A stretch of DNA of 64,000 nucleotides from Nitrosovibrio sp. Nv4 (GTDB taxonomy: Bacteria > Bdellovibrionota > UBA1018 > CAIMNF01), in assembly GCA_943327105.2 (NCBI GenBank), contig CALPVV020000001.1, positions 3,276-67,275 on the forward strand, read 5' to 3'. Position numbers and translations under genes: made by a program. Below, piece by piece: positions 36,262-46,238 of this stretch (positions are counted from its first letter, which is position 1; each line of letters begins with the position of its first letter). The notes below the pieces were generated by a model. It saw nothing but the letters and a program-made list of their open reading frames with translations, made no database searches and was not told where the DNA came from.

Positions 36262-37965
36262 ATGAAAAGGATTTCTAACTTTATTCCCACTTTTTTTGTG
36301 GTTTTTGCAGTGTTTCATTTTTCGGATTTAAATGCTCAACCGTTTGATAAGCGTGCGTCAAAGTCGGTTTCCAAATCAAAATCATTGAAAATGCCCCCTT
36401 TACGCCAGCCCGCTGAGTATCGGCTTCTTGAGAAGATCAAAAAAGAGACCAATTTATCGAAGTTAACGGTCCAGCAGATTCAGTCTCACCAACGAGAGCT
36501 GAAAAATCTGGAATGGACCTCGACCAATAAGACTTTTGAAAAAGAAATCGAAGATCTTTTTTGGTATTTGGAAATTGTTCGGGCTGAAAAGCAGGGTGGA
36601 ACCGCTGCACTGAATGCGTGGATGAAGGCTTTGAGTTCACTCAATCAATTCAAATGGATTTATGGTTGGACCGAAACGACTTCTAAGTCTTTGGTCTCCA
36701 TTTGCAAGAAATCAAAGCCTGCAAAAACCTTCGCCCAAAAACAAATAGAGGAAAAATGCGCTTATCTTTCAAAAAAAGTGAATGATGCGTTTCCGAAAGG
36801 CGCGCTTGAAACCCAGTCGCTGAAAGAGCTGATAGCTGAACAAAATGGTGCAATCGATGCTGTGACCGATCGCTTTGATCGTTTGGGCCAATCCTATACT
36901 GAAAAAACTGAAAAAGACGAAGATGAGTTTGTAGAGGTGCTTGATCACTACTTGAACCATCGTGATAGTGACCTTTATCGGGCTGGAAAAACGTTTATCG
37001 AAACGTATCCAAAGTCGATGCTTCGCTTTCGAACTTTGTTTTTGATTGCAGAAAGACAATTTGCAAACGGAGATAAAAAAGAGGCTGAAAAAAACTATCT
37101 ACAAATCATCAATCAGGTTCCTTACGGATATTACTCGATCGTTTCGAGTGAGCGTCTTGGGCTTTCTTTGCCTGAAAAACTTGAAAAAGCGCCTTTAGCG
37201 CCACTCGAGGATCTTTCCGATGCAAAACTGACCTTGATGGAAAAAGATGCATTGTGCCGGGTTGAGAATCTGGTACAGCTGAAAAAGCAGGAACCCGTTT
37301 CCATCGAGCTTGAACAATTTTCCCGCATCAGATCTTATCCGACCACATTCTTGATTCACTTGCTTAAGCAGGCGAATCAGTCAGGGCAAGATCTGGCAGG
37401 GTTTCGTTTTGCCACCGAGATTTTACAGCGAAAAGGCGAAGCCCCATTGAATGCAGGGTTTGTTGATTTGATATTCCCCGATCGTTTTCAAAAAGAAATT
37501 GCACAGCAGGCGAGCCTTTCAAAGATCGACCCCCTTTTGGTGATTTCTCTGATGAAGCAAGAGTCGGGTTTTAAGCGGTCGATTCTTTCAAGCTCTGGGG
37601 CCGTCGGCCTGATGCAGTTGATGCCATTTACAGCGCTTGAGGTGCAGAAGGATCTTTATCTTCGTAATTTGCGTGAGCCTGCTAAAAACATCGAAGTCGG
37701 TACGAAGTATCTTGCATCGCTATTGAATGAAAAATTCAATGGCAATGTCGTTTATGCGCTAGCCGGTTACAATGCCGGTCCGCATCGAGTGGGTAAGTGG
37801 AAAAAAGAAGTCAAGACCGACTGGGGAATGCAGGAGTTCATCGAGTCGATTCCTTACAAAGAAACGCGGGATTATGTGATGTCGATTCTCAGAAATCGCT
37901 ACTGGTACCAGTATCGCAAGGGAATGAAGCCACAAAGCGTATTTGAAGCATGGCGTTCGCCTTGA
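36262..37965 (+). CDS. Soluble lytic murein transglycosylase (Slt70-like: superhelical N-domain + SLT catalytic domain)
   Basis: Signal peptide. C-terminal LMKQESGF....S.SGAVGLMQLMPFTA ... AGYNAGPHRV catalytic signature. Confidence 0.85.
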   Translation: MKRISNFIPTFFVVFAVFHFSDLNAQPFDKRASKSVSKSKSLKMPPLRQPAEYRLLEKIKKETNLSKLTVQQIQSHQRELKNLEWTSTNKTFEKEIEDLFWYLEIVRAEKQGGTAALNAWMKALSSLNQFKWIYGWTETTSKSLVSICKKSKPAKTFAQKQIEEKCAYLSKKVNDAFPKGALETQSLKELIAEQNGAIDAVTDRFDRLGQSYTEKTEKDEDEFVEVLDHYLNHRDSDLYRAGKTFIETYPKSMLRFRTLFLIAERQFANGDKKEAEKNYLQIINQVPYGYYSIVSSERLGLSLPEKLEKAPLAPLEDLSDAKLTLMEKDALCRVENLVQLKKQEPVSIELEQFSRIRSYPTTFLIHLLKQANQSGQDLAGFRFATEILQRKGEAPLNAGFVDLIFPDRFQKEIAQQASLSKIDPLLVISLMKQESGFKRSILSSSGAVGLMQLMPFTALEVQKDLYLRNLREPAKNIEVGTKYLASLLNEKFNGNVVYALAGYNAGPHRVGKWKKEVKTDWGMQEFIESIPYKETRDYVMSILRNRYWYQYRKGMKPQSVFEAWRSP

Positions 37966-37996
37966 TTAATTTGTCGAAACACAGGAAGCTTTGGTT

Positions 37997-38962
37997 ATGC
38001 AACGAAATCGTGAATGGGTCCTTCTGACTGGTAGTGCTCACCCTGAACTGGCTAATAAAATCAGCGAACATTTGAACCGGCCTTTAAGCCCGGTAGAAAT
38101 TCGTCGCTTCAGCGACGGTGAGATTTTTGCAGAAGTGAAAGAGAATGTCCGTGGTCGTTCTGTTTATCTGATTCAAAGTACCTGTGCTCCGGTAAATGAC
38201 TCATTGATGGAACTCTTGATCATCATGGATGCGCTGAAAAGGGCAAGTGCCAAAGAGATCAATGTGATCACACCTTACTATGGTTACTCACGACAAGATC
38301 GAAAGGTTTCACCTCGAACACCGATCAGCGCAAAGTTGACCGCAGATTTGTTAACCGTTGCGGGAGCGACTCGTGTCGTTTCAGTCGATCTTCATGCCGG
38401 TCAGATTCAGGGGTTCTTCAATATTCCGTTTGATAACCTTTATGCAATGCCGGTGCTTCAGGAATATTTCCAGAAGAGTCCTGAATTCAGTGCGATCAAA
38501 CCCGATGAATTGGTGATCGTGAGTCCGGATGCGGGCGGTATGTTGAGAGCAAGAAGTCTTGCGAAGCGAATGAACACGCATGTTGCTTTGATTGATAAAC
38601 GTCGTACTGGCCCGAATGTTGCGATTGCGATGAATATTGTCGGTGATGTCAGCGGAAAAACAGCACTCATTTTAGATGACATGATTGATACGGCGGGAAC
38701 GCTGACCGAAGCCGCTAATGCTGTAACCAAAGCCGGTGCAACCCGGGTGCTTGCGATGGCGACTCATGGTGTTTTGTCTGGACCAGCGGTTGAGCGAATT
38801 GAAAAATCGGCGATCGATAAATTGATCGTTACCGATACGATCCCGTTGACCGAGGCGGCAAAAGCTTCAGATAAAATCATTCAGGTGTCTGTTGCCCCGC
38901 TACTTGCTGAGGCGATCAATCGAATTCACAATTACGATTCAGTGAGTAGTTTGTTCACATGA
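37997..38962 (+). CDS. prs: Ribose-phosphate pyrophosphokinase
   Basis: RFSDGE, YYGYSRQDRK, VSVDLHAGQIQGFF, and the PRPP loop ALILDDMIDTAGT. Confidence 0.95.
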   Translation: MQRNREWVLLTGSAHPELANKISEHLNRPLSPVEIRRFSDGEIFAEVKENVRGRSVYLIQSTCAPVNDSLMELLIIMDALKRASAKEINVITPYYGYSRQDRKVSPRTPISAKLTADLLTVAGATRVVSVDLHAGQIQGFFNIPFDNLYAMPVLQEYFQKSPEFSAIKPDELVIVSPDAGGMLRARSLAKRMNTHVALIDKRRTGPNVAIAMNIVGDVSGKTALILDDMIDTAGTLTEAANAVTKAGATRVLAMATHGVLSGPAVERIEKSAIDKLIVTDTIPLTEAAKASDKIIQVSVAPLLAEAINRIHNYDSVSSLFT

Positions 38963-39543
38963 AGTTGATTGTCGGTTTGGGTAACCCTGGTGCTAAATAC
39001 GAGCAAACCCGTCACAACATCGGTTTTCTTTGCATTGATTACCTCGCTGATCAGTGGCGAGCCCAAGGACCGTTGCAGAAAAACCAGGCCGAATACTGGC
39101 AATGTACGGTTGATGGTGAGCAAGTTCTACTGATCAAGCCCCAGACATTCATGAACCTTTCCGGCCGTTCGGTCGCGCCTTTTTACCAGTTCTTTAAGTG
39201 CACACCTGCCGATGTGATTGTGATTCATGACGAGCTCGATATTCCGCCCAATGAAATTCGCTTCAAGGTGGGTGGTAGCAATGGTGGGCATAATGGGCTC
39301 AAGTCAATCGATGAGTGCTTAGGCTCGATGAATACGAATTATACTCGGATTCGCTTGGGAATTGGCCACCCTCGTAATTTCAACCCGAATATCGGGGTCA
39401 GTGACTGGGTGTTGGGTAAAATCCCGAATTCTGATTGGGATGGCCTACCAGATCTCTTTGATAAGGCTGAAAAGGGCGTACGTCTTGTTTTAAAGGACGA
39501 TATCAAGAAGGCAATGGCCCTTTTTCATCGTAAAACACCCTAA
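38959..39543 (+). CDS. pth: Peptidyl-tRNA hydrolase
   Basis: MKLIVGLGNPG.KY..TRHNIGF, HDELD, GGHNGLKSI. The start overlaps the prs stop. Confidence 0.95.
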   Translation: MKLIVGLGNPGAKYEQTRHNIGFLCIDYLADQWRAQGPLQKNQAEYWQCTVDGEQVLLIKPQTFMNLSGRSVAPFYQFFKCTPADVIVIHDELDIPPNEIRFKVGGSNGGHNGLKSIDECLGSMNTNYTRIRLGIGHPRNFNPNIGVSDWVLGKIPNSDWDGLPDLFDKAEKGVRLVLKDDIKKAMALFHRKTP

Positions 39544-39584
39544 GACCTTGCTTGATTCCCTACCATTGATTAAGGTAAGGGCCT

Positions 39585-40685
39585 ATGAGTTTACAGTGTG
39601 GAATTGTTGGTTTGCCAAACGTTGGCAAGAGTACGATCTTTAATGCCCTCACCAATGCGAAGGCCGAAGCGGCGAATTATCCGTTTTGTACCATTGAGCC
39701 TAATACCGGTATGGTGAAGGTACCTGATCCAAGACTTGAAGATATTTCTAAATTCATTCCACCTCAAAAATTGATTCCAGCGGTGATGACTTTTGTCGAT
39801 ATCGCGGGTCTTGTTCGTGGAGCTTCAAAAGGGGAAGGTCTTGGAAACCAGTTCCTTGGTCACATTCGTGAAACCGATGCAATCGCACACGTGGTACGTT
39901 GTTTTGAAGACGGAAACATCATTCACGTTGAAGGTAGTGTGAACCCGATTCGTGATATCGAAACAATCGATACTGAATTGATTCTTTGTGACCTCGAAGC
40001 GATTCTCAAGAAATTCAACTCTACTCAGAAGCTTGCCAAAACAGGTGATAAAAAAGCCATGGCCATGATTGGAGTGATGGAAAAACTGAAAGTCGGCCTC
40101 GACCAAGGTAAAACGGCTCGTGCCTGTGGTCTCACTGATGAAGAAAAAGTGGCAATCCATGATCTTCATCTTTTGACCATTAAGCCCGTGATGTATGTGG
40201 CAAACCTTGATGAGGCTTCTATCGGTAATCCTGAATCTAACGCTCATTACATGAAAGTGGTTGAGCACGCGAAAACCGAGAATGCTCCGGTCGTAGCAAT
40301 CTGTGGAAAGATCGAATCTGAAATCGCAGAGCTGGAGCCTGAAGAAAAGTCTGAATTCTTGAAAGACCTCGGAATGAAAGAACCTGGTCTTGCACGCGTG
40401 ATTCGTGCCGGCTATGAGCTTCTGGGCCTTCAGACCTATTTCACTGCAGGTGAAGTAGAAGTACGTGCTTGGACGATTCATAAAGGCGATAAAGCCCCTC
40501 AGGCTGCTGGTGTGATTCACACTGACTTCGAACGTGGATTTATTCGTGCCGAAGTTTATCACTATAGTGATTTGATGAAGTACAAGAACGAAAATGCGAT
40601 CAAGGATGCAGGCGCCCTTCGCGTAGAGGGTAAAGAATACGTAGTTAAAGACGGCGATATCATGCATTTCCGTTTCAACGTTTAA
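39585..40685 (+). CDS. ychF: Redox-regulated ATPase YchF
   Basis: GIVGLPNVGKSTIFNALT, FCTIEPN, DIAGLV.GAS.GEGLGN.FL, TGS-like C-terminus, 366 aa. Confidence 0.97.
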   Translation: MSLQCGIVGLPNVGKSTIFNALTNAKAEAANYPFCTIEPNTGMVKVPDPRLEDISKFIPPQKLIPAVMTFVDIAGLVRGASKGEGLGNQFLGHIRETDAIAHVVRCFEDGNIIHVEGSVNPIRDIETIDTELILCDLEAILKKFNSTQKLAKTGDKKAMAMIGVMEKLKVGLDQGKTARACGLTDEEKVAIHDLHLLTIKPVMYVANLDEASIGNPESNAHYMKVVEHAKTENAPVVAICGKIESEIAELEPEEKSEFLKDLGMKEPGLARVIRAGYELLGLQTYFTAGEVEVRAWTIHKGDKAPQAAGVIHTDFERGFIRAEVYHYSDLMKYKNENAIKDAGALRVEGKEYVVKDGDIMHFRFNV

Positions 40686-40711
40686 TTAATTGTTACAGAA
40701 TTTTTAAAATA

Positions 40712-40746
40712 AAAAGGGGAACCTGCTAACCACAGGTTCCCCTTTT
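40712..40746 (+). terminator. Rho-independent terminator after ychF
   Basis: ggggaacctg (40716-40725) pairs with caggttcccc (40733-40742), followed by tttt. Confidence 0.75.
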
Positions 40747-40899
40747 CATACTCACAGATGCTTATGTCGTTCGTTGCTGTGTTTCTACCGGTATGAGCTT
40801 AAAAAAAGCCTCCGGATGAGTAAAAAACGAAATGTTGCAGAGGATAATAATGCAAAAGAATGATTCTAGTCAATTATTTTTTAAACAAATGCTATTTGG

Positions 40900-41802
40900 T
40901 TAATTTGCTTGCAGACGACTGATCCGTACAATTGCAATGATTAAAATAAATCCTGCCAATAATTGAATGTTTTCAAGGTGTAAGTTCAGAAACCTGGAAT
41001 TGACGAACACGGCACAAAGTGGAAAAGAAAGTTCCAAAATGGTTGCAACGGAAGCTTTCATTCGAGTCAGACCACGATAGTAAAGTGAAACCCCAAAAAA
41101 CCCAGGCACTAAGGCCATGAAGAAAAGCGAGCGCATGATCTCTGGCTGAGTAGAAATCAGAGTGATTTCAATTTTTGAAGATGAATTCGTGTTGATCAAT
41201 AACCAAAGCGTGATGAAACCGAATAGAAAACGCCATAATGCCAAATGGGTGCTAGGCATGGTCTTTAACGTGAATTTACCAACGACGGTACTGATCGCCC
41301 AAAGACAGGCTGCCAGTAAGGACAGCATGACTCCGGCAAGATCGCCGTTTTGAAATTCATGAGTAGGAAAACCCTTTGGAAAGCTCATGAAATAAGCCGA
41401 AATCACGGCAATTGTTCCCCAGACGAAAAAATTGAGGCTCAGTTTTTCACCCAAGAAAGCCCAAGACAGAAAAATCACCACAATGGGCTGAATTTTTTGA
41501 AGAAGAATGGAAACACTCGGGTTCACGAATTGAAAGCTCATCGTGAAAAAAAGAGTCGCAAGGGCAGAGCCGAGAATGCCGATCATCGCAGCGCCAAACA
41601 TGGGTAGCGGCTCAAGGTTTATTTTCTTTTTCTGAATGACAAAAACCCAGAGTGAAGTGATGAAAAGAGCAAAAAAATGTTCGATGAAAACAATCGATAG
41701 CGAAGAGATCTGATGACTCATCGGATGCCGAAACAAGGTATCGGTGGCCCAAAGAGCCGCACCCAGTGCTACGAAAATTGAGTTGAGCATTCTTTCATCC
41801 AA
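40900..41802 (-). CDS. EamA/DMT-family transporter
   Basis: 300 aa, about 10 TM segments in two similar halves. This is the typical drug/metabolite transporter layout. Confidence 0.75.
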   Translation of the reverse strand: MDERMLNSIFVALGAALWATDTLFRHPMSHQISSLSIVFIEHFFALFITSLWVFVIQKKKINLEPLPMFGAAMIGILGSALATLFFTMSFQFVNPSVSILLQKIQPIVVIFLSWAFLGEKLSLNFFVWGTIAVISAYFMSFPKGFPTHEFQNGDLAGVMLSLLAACLWAISTVVGKFTLKTMPSTHLALWRFLFGFITLWLLINTNSSSKIEITLISTQPEIMRSLFFMALVPGFFGVSLYYRGLTRMKASVATILELSFPLCAVFVNSRFLNLHLENIQLLAGFILIIAIVRISRLQAN

Positions 41803-43127
41803 GTGTTGAAAAACAAGGGAGCTTGTCTCGCCATCTCTTCCCGTGTTTTTTCACGGTCAAGCCCATCTAGATTTTCGAAATACTTCGGGTCAAACAATGA
41901 AAACTGAATGTTGTTTGGCTGATAGTTTTTAATTTCACTTGCGGTGACATGGCTCAATAGCGCACCGAGTGCGGTATTGGCTGGTGGCGCAAGGTGGGGT
42001 AGTCCCAATAAGCGTTGTTCAATGAAAATCGCGGCTAGCATTCCACTTGCAGCCGATTCCAAATAACCCTCAACACCGGTAATTTGCCCTGCAAAATAAA
42101 TACGCGGATGATTTTTAAGAGAAAGGTCAGGACGAAGAACTTTCGGGCCGCAAACATAGGTATTGCGGTGAATAGACCCCATTCTCAAAAACTCGGCGTT
42201 CTTGAGTGCTGGAATCATGCGAAGCACTTTCATTTGTGAGCCATACTTGAGTCGGGTTTGAAAACCTACGATGTTGTAGCAGGTTTTTGCACGGTTCTCG
42301 GTTCTAAGTTGAACGTTCGCATAAGGGCGTCTTCCCGTACGAGGGTCATCGAGTCCTACCGGTTTCATCGGGCCGAACCGCAGACTGTCTTTTCCTGTTT
42401 TGGCAATTGCTTCAATCGGCTGACAGCCCTGAAAGAATTTCTCTTTTTCAAAGTTTTTAGGTGGGACCATATCGCCAGAAAGAAGAGCCTCAATAAACGC
42501 GTCGTATTCTTCCTTGCTCATCGGGCAATTGATGTATGCGTCTTCTCCGCCCTTGTTGTAGCGGTTCGCAATAAATGCAGAATTCATATCGATGCTGGTG
42601 GTATCAACAATCGGGGCGATCGCATCATAGAAGTAGCAACCATCGCTGCCTGCTTCCTGCATGATCCAGTTGGTGAGGGTTTCACTCGTCAATGGACCCG
42701 TGCAAATAAGCGTGATCTCATCGTGATCAATGAACGGTTTTTCAACTTCACCTGCAATGAACTCAATGTTCGGATGATTGCGGATTTTTTCGGTAATCAA
42801 ATTTGAAAAAAGATCGCGGTCAACAGCGAGCGCTTCACCTGCGGGTACAGAAAACTGTTCAGCTGCATCGAGAATGAGTGAGCCAATCATTCTCATCTCG
42901 GCTTTCATCATGCCGGGCGCCGATACGGGTGATTTTGATTTAAGTGAATTTGAACAGACAAGCTCTGCGCACATGCCGGTCTTATGTGCCTCGGTATATT
43001 TGTCAGGACGCATTTCGTGAAGAATCACTGAAATACCTTTTTGCGCCAAATAATAGGCGGCCTCAGATCCGGCTAAACCGGCCCCGATAATATGAACTTT
43101 TGCTTTAGGCTTGATACTGTCCGACAT
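41769..43127 (-). CDS. trmFO: Methylenetetrahydrofolate--tRNA-(uracil54-C5)-methyltransferase
   Basis: VHIIGAGLAGSEAAYYLA FAD fold, ELVCSNS, FAGQITGVEGY.ESAASG, 452 aa. TrmFO/Gid family. Confidence 0.93.
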   Translation of the reverse strand: MSDSIKPKAKVHIIGAGLAGSEAAYYLAQKGISVILHEMRPDKYTEAHKTGMCAELVCSNSLKSKSPVSAPGMMKAEMRMIGSLILDAAEQFSVPAGEALAVDRDLFSNLITEKIRNHPNIEFIAGEVEKPFIDHDEITLICTGPLTSETLTNWIMQEAGSDGCYFYDAIAPIVDTTSIDMNSAFIANRYNKGGEDAYINCPMSKEEYDAFIEALLSGDMVPPKNFEKEKFFQGCQPIEAIAKTGKDSLRFGPMKPVGLDDPRTGRRPYANVQLRTENRAKTCYNIVGFQTRLKYGSQMKVLRMIPALKNAEFLRMGSIHRNTYVCGPKVLRPDLSLKNHPRIYFAGQITGVEGYLESAASGMLAAIFIEQRLLGLPHLAPPANTALGALLSHVTASEIKNYQPNNIQFSLFDPKYFENLDGLDREKTREEMARQAPLFFNTWMKECSTQFS

Positions 43128-43168
43128 TGCTTTTGATTTACCATATTTCGGCTTATTCTAATACAAGA

Positions 43169-44092
43169 ATGGCGATTTCAGGCATGGACCTTACAGAATG
43201 GTCCCGAGCATTTCTTGATTTTGGTCGCAACGAAAAGCATTGGAGCGAGGAAACACTGCGCGCCTATGAAGTGGATTTGTCTCAATTCTGCCATTTTGTA
43301 CTGAGCGAGTTTCCGGAATTACATTCGAATCCTTCAAGCAAGGTGACTTCTGGTCATTTTCGTTCATTCGGTAGCCACATGATGGACTCAAACCAGTCGA
43401 TCTCAATTGCTAGAAAATTGAGCACACTTCGAACCTTTTTTCGGTACCTGAAAAGGAAAAAAGTGGTGTCTCAGAATTGGATCGCACTGATGCCTTCGCC
43501 CAAGATCCAAAAAAAGCTTCCTAAGTTCTTGAAAGTTGAAGAGGTTCTAGAATTGATGAAAGCGCCTGATGTCAGCCATTGGATGGGTAAGCGCGATCGG
43601 GCCTTACTTGAACTGATGTATGGTTGCGGCCTTCGGGTGAGCGAGGTTTCAGAATTGACCCGTAGTCAGCTTCAAGCACGCTCAAAGTGGGTCAGGGTCA
43701 TTGGTAAGGGTGATAAAGAACGGTGGGTGCCACTTAATGATGTGGCAGAGGGCGCCTTAACAGATTACTTTGCTACACGCCCAGCAGTTGAAGACTCAGA
43801 GCTGGTTTTTGTGAATCACCGGCTGACCCGATTGACTGCGAGAAGTATTGCTCGAATTCTGGCTCGCCAGTTGATTCGTGCCACTCAAATTATGTCAGGT
43901 AATTTACAAGCGTCTCCTCACGCGCTCAGGCACAGTTTTGCTACCCATTTATTAAGTGCAGGTGCTGATCTTAGGAGTATTCAAGAATTATTAGGTCATG
44001 CTAGTCTTTCCACAACGCAGCGTTACACACATTTGGATTTGGGTGAGTTGATGGATTCATATCGAAATGCACATCCGCTTTCAAAAAAGTGA
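43169..44092 (+). CDS. xerC: Tyrosine site-specific recombinase, XerC/XerD type
   Basis: RDRALLELMYGCGLRVSE (Arg I), HALRHSFATHLL..GADLRSIQELLGHASLSTTQRYTH (H-x-x-R, catalytic Tyr). Choosing XerC over XerD is tentative. The ORF opens with TTG at 43127, and I prefer the ATG at 43169. Confidence 0.8.
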   Translation: MAISGMDLTEWSRAFLDFGRNEKHWSEETLRAYEVDLSQFCHFVLSEFPELHSNPSSKVTSGHFRSFGSHMMDSNQSISIARKLSTLRTFFRYLKRKKVVSQNWIALMPSPKIQKKLPKFLKVEEVLELMKAPDVSHWMGKRDRALLELMYGCGLRVSEVSELTRSQLQARSKWVRVIGKGDKERWVPLNDVAEGALTDYFATRPAVEDSELVFVNHRLTRLTARSIARILARQLIRATQIMSGNLQASPHALRHSFATHLLSAGADLRSIQELLGHASLSTTQRYTHLDLGELMDSYRNAHPLSKK

Positions 44093-44133
44093 AAATTCGT
44101 GTCTACTAACATGCAGGAAATACTGGATTCAGC

Positions 44134-44742
44134 ATGAACTACATCGTCGACTTCCTGATCGATTATTCGAACGGGCCAATTCCTTATCTCGCGATATTCC
44201 TCATCCTCTTGGCATGTGGTCTTGGTATCCCTATTCCTGAAGACATCACTCTCTTTGCAGCGGGTGTACTCACTTATTATGGCGTTTGTGATGTCTGGAC
44301 GATGATCGCTGTTTGTTTGATTGGCGTCATGATCGGTGACACCTTCGTGTTTTGGCTTGGTCACCGTTTTGGTCGACGCCTGATGGCCAAATGGCCGTTT
44401 CGACTGTTTCTCGATGAAAAAAAAATTGAAACTGTTCGTGAAAAATTACATGCACATGGTGGCAAATTGTTGTTTTCCGCGCGATTCATGCCCGGGTTTC
44501 GAGCAACAATCTTTTTCACTACGGGGTTGTTACACATGCCGTACCGAACCCTGCTCATTTATGATGGTATGGCGGCCCTGATCAGTGTGCCGGCGATCGT
44601 TTATTCAGTTTATTATTTTGGAGATCTTTTGGAACACGTCATCGCCATGATTAAAAAAGTCGAAGGCGGAATTGTTGGCGTTATCCTGTTGGTTGTTTTA
44701 TTCTTTGTTGTGCGACACTTTTATAGAAAGAAAAAGGCATGA
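44134..44742 (+). CDS. DedA-family (SNARE-associated/VTT) membrane protein
   Basis: 202 aa. PIPEDITLFAAG, GD...FWLGHRFG, ARFMPGFR. These are the DedA signature segments. Confidence 0.85.
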   Translation: MNYIVDFLIDYSNGPIPYLAIFLILLACGLGIPIPEDITLFAAGVLTYYGVCDVWTMIAVCLIGVMIGDTFVFWLGHRFGRRLMAKWPFRLFLDEKKIETVREKLHAHGGKLLFSARFMPGFRATIFFTTGLLHMPYRTLLIYDGMAALISVPAIVYSVYYFGDLLEHVIAMIKKVEGGIVGVILLVVLFFVVRHFYRKKKA

Positions 44743-45635
44743 TCAAGAACCTTGCTGTAGTTGCTTTAATGATCGCCATGATTGGCACCTCAAATGCGGG
44801 TCGGATTGAAAAAAATCCGACAGAGCTTTGTACTGCTCTCGATCAGGCCTTTATCAAGCGTAAATGGGGCTCAGAATCTTGCTCTTTAGGTGGTGAACAG
44901 CAAATTTGGCAGGTTGGTGGCACATCGGTTAAAGGTCGCCCCTTAATGTATGCTGTTTTCGGAAAAGAAGAGGCCTCAAACACCACGCTTATTTTTTCGA
45001 TGGTACACTCAGATGAAATCACGCCGTTGTATCTTGGTTTTCAAATTGCTGCTTGGGCAAAAGAGAATATGCCAAACCTTCCAGATGCAAAGTTGATCAT
45101 TGCGCCGTTAGTAAACCCAGATGGCTTCATGGATGTCCCTAAGACCAGAACCAACGCAAAGGGTGTCGATTGCAATCGCAATTTTGCAACTAAAGACTGG
45201 CATCGTGATGCGCTCAAAGCGTGGAAGACAAAATTTCATTCAAATAAAAGACGCTTTCCCGGTCATAAGCCGAACTCCGAACCTGAAACGCTTTTTCAAA
45301 AGATGTTGGTCGAAAAATTCAATCCGAGCAAAATCATCTCGATTCACTCGCCTTTGAATGTGATCGATTATGATGGCCCTGATTCCCTGAAGCTCAACGT
45401 GTTTTCAAAAGATTATGTGCAAAAATGCGAAGAGCTTCGCAAAAAGGTAAAGGCCAATTCATCCGGGTTTTTCCCGGGCTCACTTGGAAATTATACCGGT
45501 CGCGAGCTGGGTATTCCGACAATTACCCTTGAGTTGCCAACAGCCAGAGCTGAAAAAGCGATAGAATACTGGAATCAGCTGAAAAAAGGGATACTCACTG
45601 TAGTCAGCCACGTGGTTCCACCCAAAGAAAAGTAA
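44739..45635 (+). CDS. Secreted M14-family zinc carboxypeptidase / murein-peptide amidase-like (MpaA-like)
   Basis: Signal peptide. HSDE (HxxE zinc ligands), NPDG, CNRNF, SIHSP (third His) and TLELP (catalytic Glu). Confidence 0.8.
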   Translation: MIKNLAVVALMIAMIGTSNAGRIEKNPTELCTALDQAFIKRKWGSESCSLGGEQQIWQVGGTSVKGRPLMYAVFGKEEASNTTLIFSMVHSDEITPLYLGFQIAAWAKENMPNLPDAKLIIAPLVNPDGFMDVPKTRTNAKGVDCNRNFATKDWHRDALKAWKTKFHSNKRRFPGHKPNSEPETLFQKMLVEKFNPSKIISIHSPLNVIDYDGPDSLKLNVFSKDYVQKCEELRKKVKANSSGFFPGSLGNYTGRELGIPTITLELPTARAEKAIEYWNQLKKGILTVVSHVVPPKEK

Positions 45636-45644
45636 TCACCCACC

Positions 45645-46238
45645 ATGCATTCCTTATTTACGACCTTTATCGAACAAAAATCACTCAAGATTCCCACAAA
45701 GCAGATCGCGCAGATGAAATGGACGGCATCGCAGATGCCCGGAGTTGATCTTGAAGGAGTAAAGTGGAGCCGTAAAAACTATCTCGGTGGTTATACTTCT
45801 TATGGTTCCATTTCCCGCATCGATCAGCACTTCAGTGTGTTTGAAAATCTGAAGAAAAAGATCGATCAAGAAGTGAAGAAGTACGTAAAAAAAATCGGTC
45901 TTCAGTTCGATACCGGTTCGCTTGAGCTGTCAGCAATGTGGGTCAATGTGATGCCAAAGAATGTGTATCACGCGTTTCATCTTCATCCGTTATCGGTGAT
46001 CAGCGGTACTTTCTATGTTTCAGTAGGGAAGGGCGGGAAATCGAGCCCTCTCCGTGTTGAAGACCCCCGTGCCTCTTTGTTCATGGGTTCACCGGCGCGT
46101 CCGATTCAAGTAGATCTTAAGCCTAAGAACGGAGATCTGATCTTGTTTGAAAGCTGGATGAAACACGAAGTACCTCCGCATCAAAACAACGAAGATCGAA
46201 TCAGTGTCAGTTTCAACTATGACTGGATCAATCGCTAA
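45645..46238 (+). CDS. Putative 2OG-Fe(II)-oxygenase-fold protein (TIGR02466-like family)
   Basis: 197 aa. H.HP...ISGTFYV and LFESWMKHEV form an HxH/D...H jelly-roll pattern. The family call is from memory of this conserved hypothetical family. Confidence 0.55.
   Translation: MHSLFTTFIEQKSLKIPTKQIAQMKWTASQMPGVDLEGVKWSRKNYLGGYTSYGSISRIDQHFSVFENLKKKIDQEVKKYVKKIGLQFDTGSLELSAMWVNVMPKNVYHAFHLHPLSVISGTFYVSVGKGGKSSPLRVEDPRASLFMGSPARPIQVDLKPKNGDLILFESWMKHEVPPHQNNEDRISVSFNYDWINR

Noticed and set aside
35894-36318. 97-aa (+) and 70-aa (-) ORFs overlapping tRNA-Asn
   Set aside because: The sequence folds into a perfect tRNA-Asn cloverleaf, so the ORFs are read-through artefacts of the tRNA and its flanks.
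39825-40667. 280-aa ORF antisense to ychF
   Set aside because: It lies exactly codon-for-codon antisense to ychF. It stays open simply because the sense gene avoids TTA, CTA and TCA codons over this stretch. The translation is low-complexity nonsense (F/V/I/H-rich) with no start context. This is a codon-bias artefact.
42258-42806. 182-aa ORF antisense to trmFO
   Set aside because: It is a shadow ORF inside a well-supported gene, and its translation has no recognisable features.
43127-44092. Tyrosine recombinase as marker of an integrated mobile element
   Set aside because: The sequence is XerC/XerD-like. It sits next to trmFO, a linkage known for codV/xerC in Bacillus, although here the genes are divergent. 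There is no adjacent tRNA, and I saw no direct repeats, phage genes or transposase genes. It most likely has a housekeeping chromosome-dimer-resolution function.
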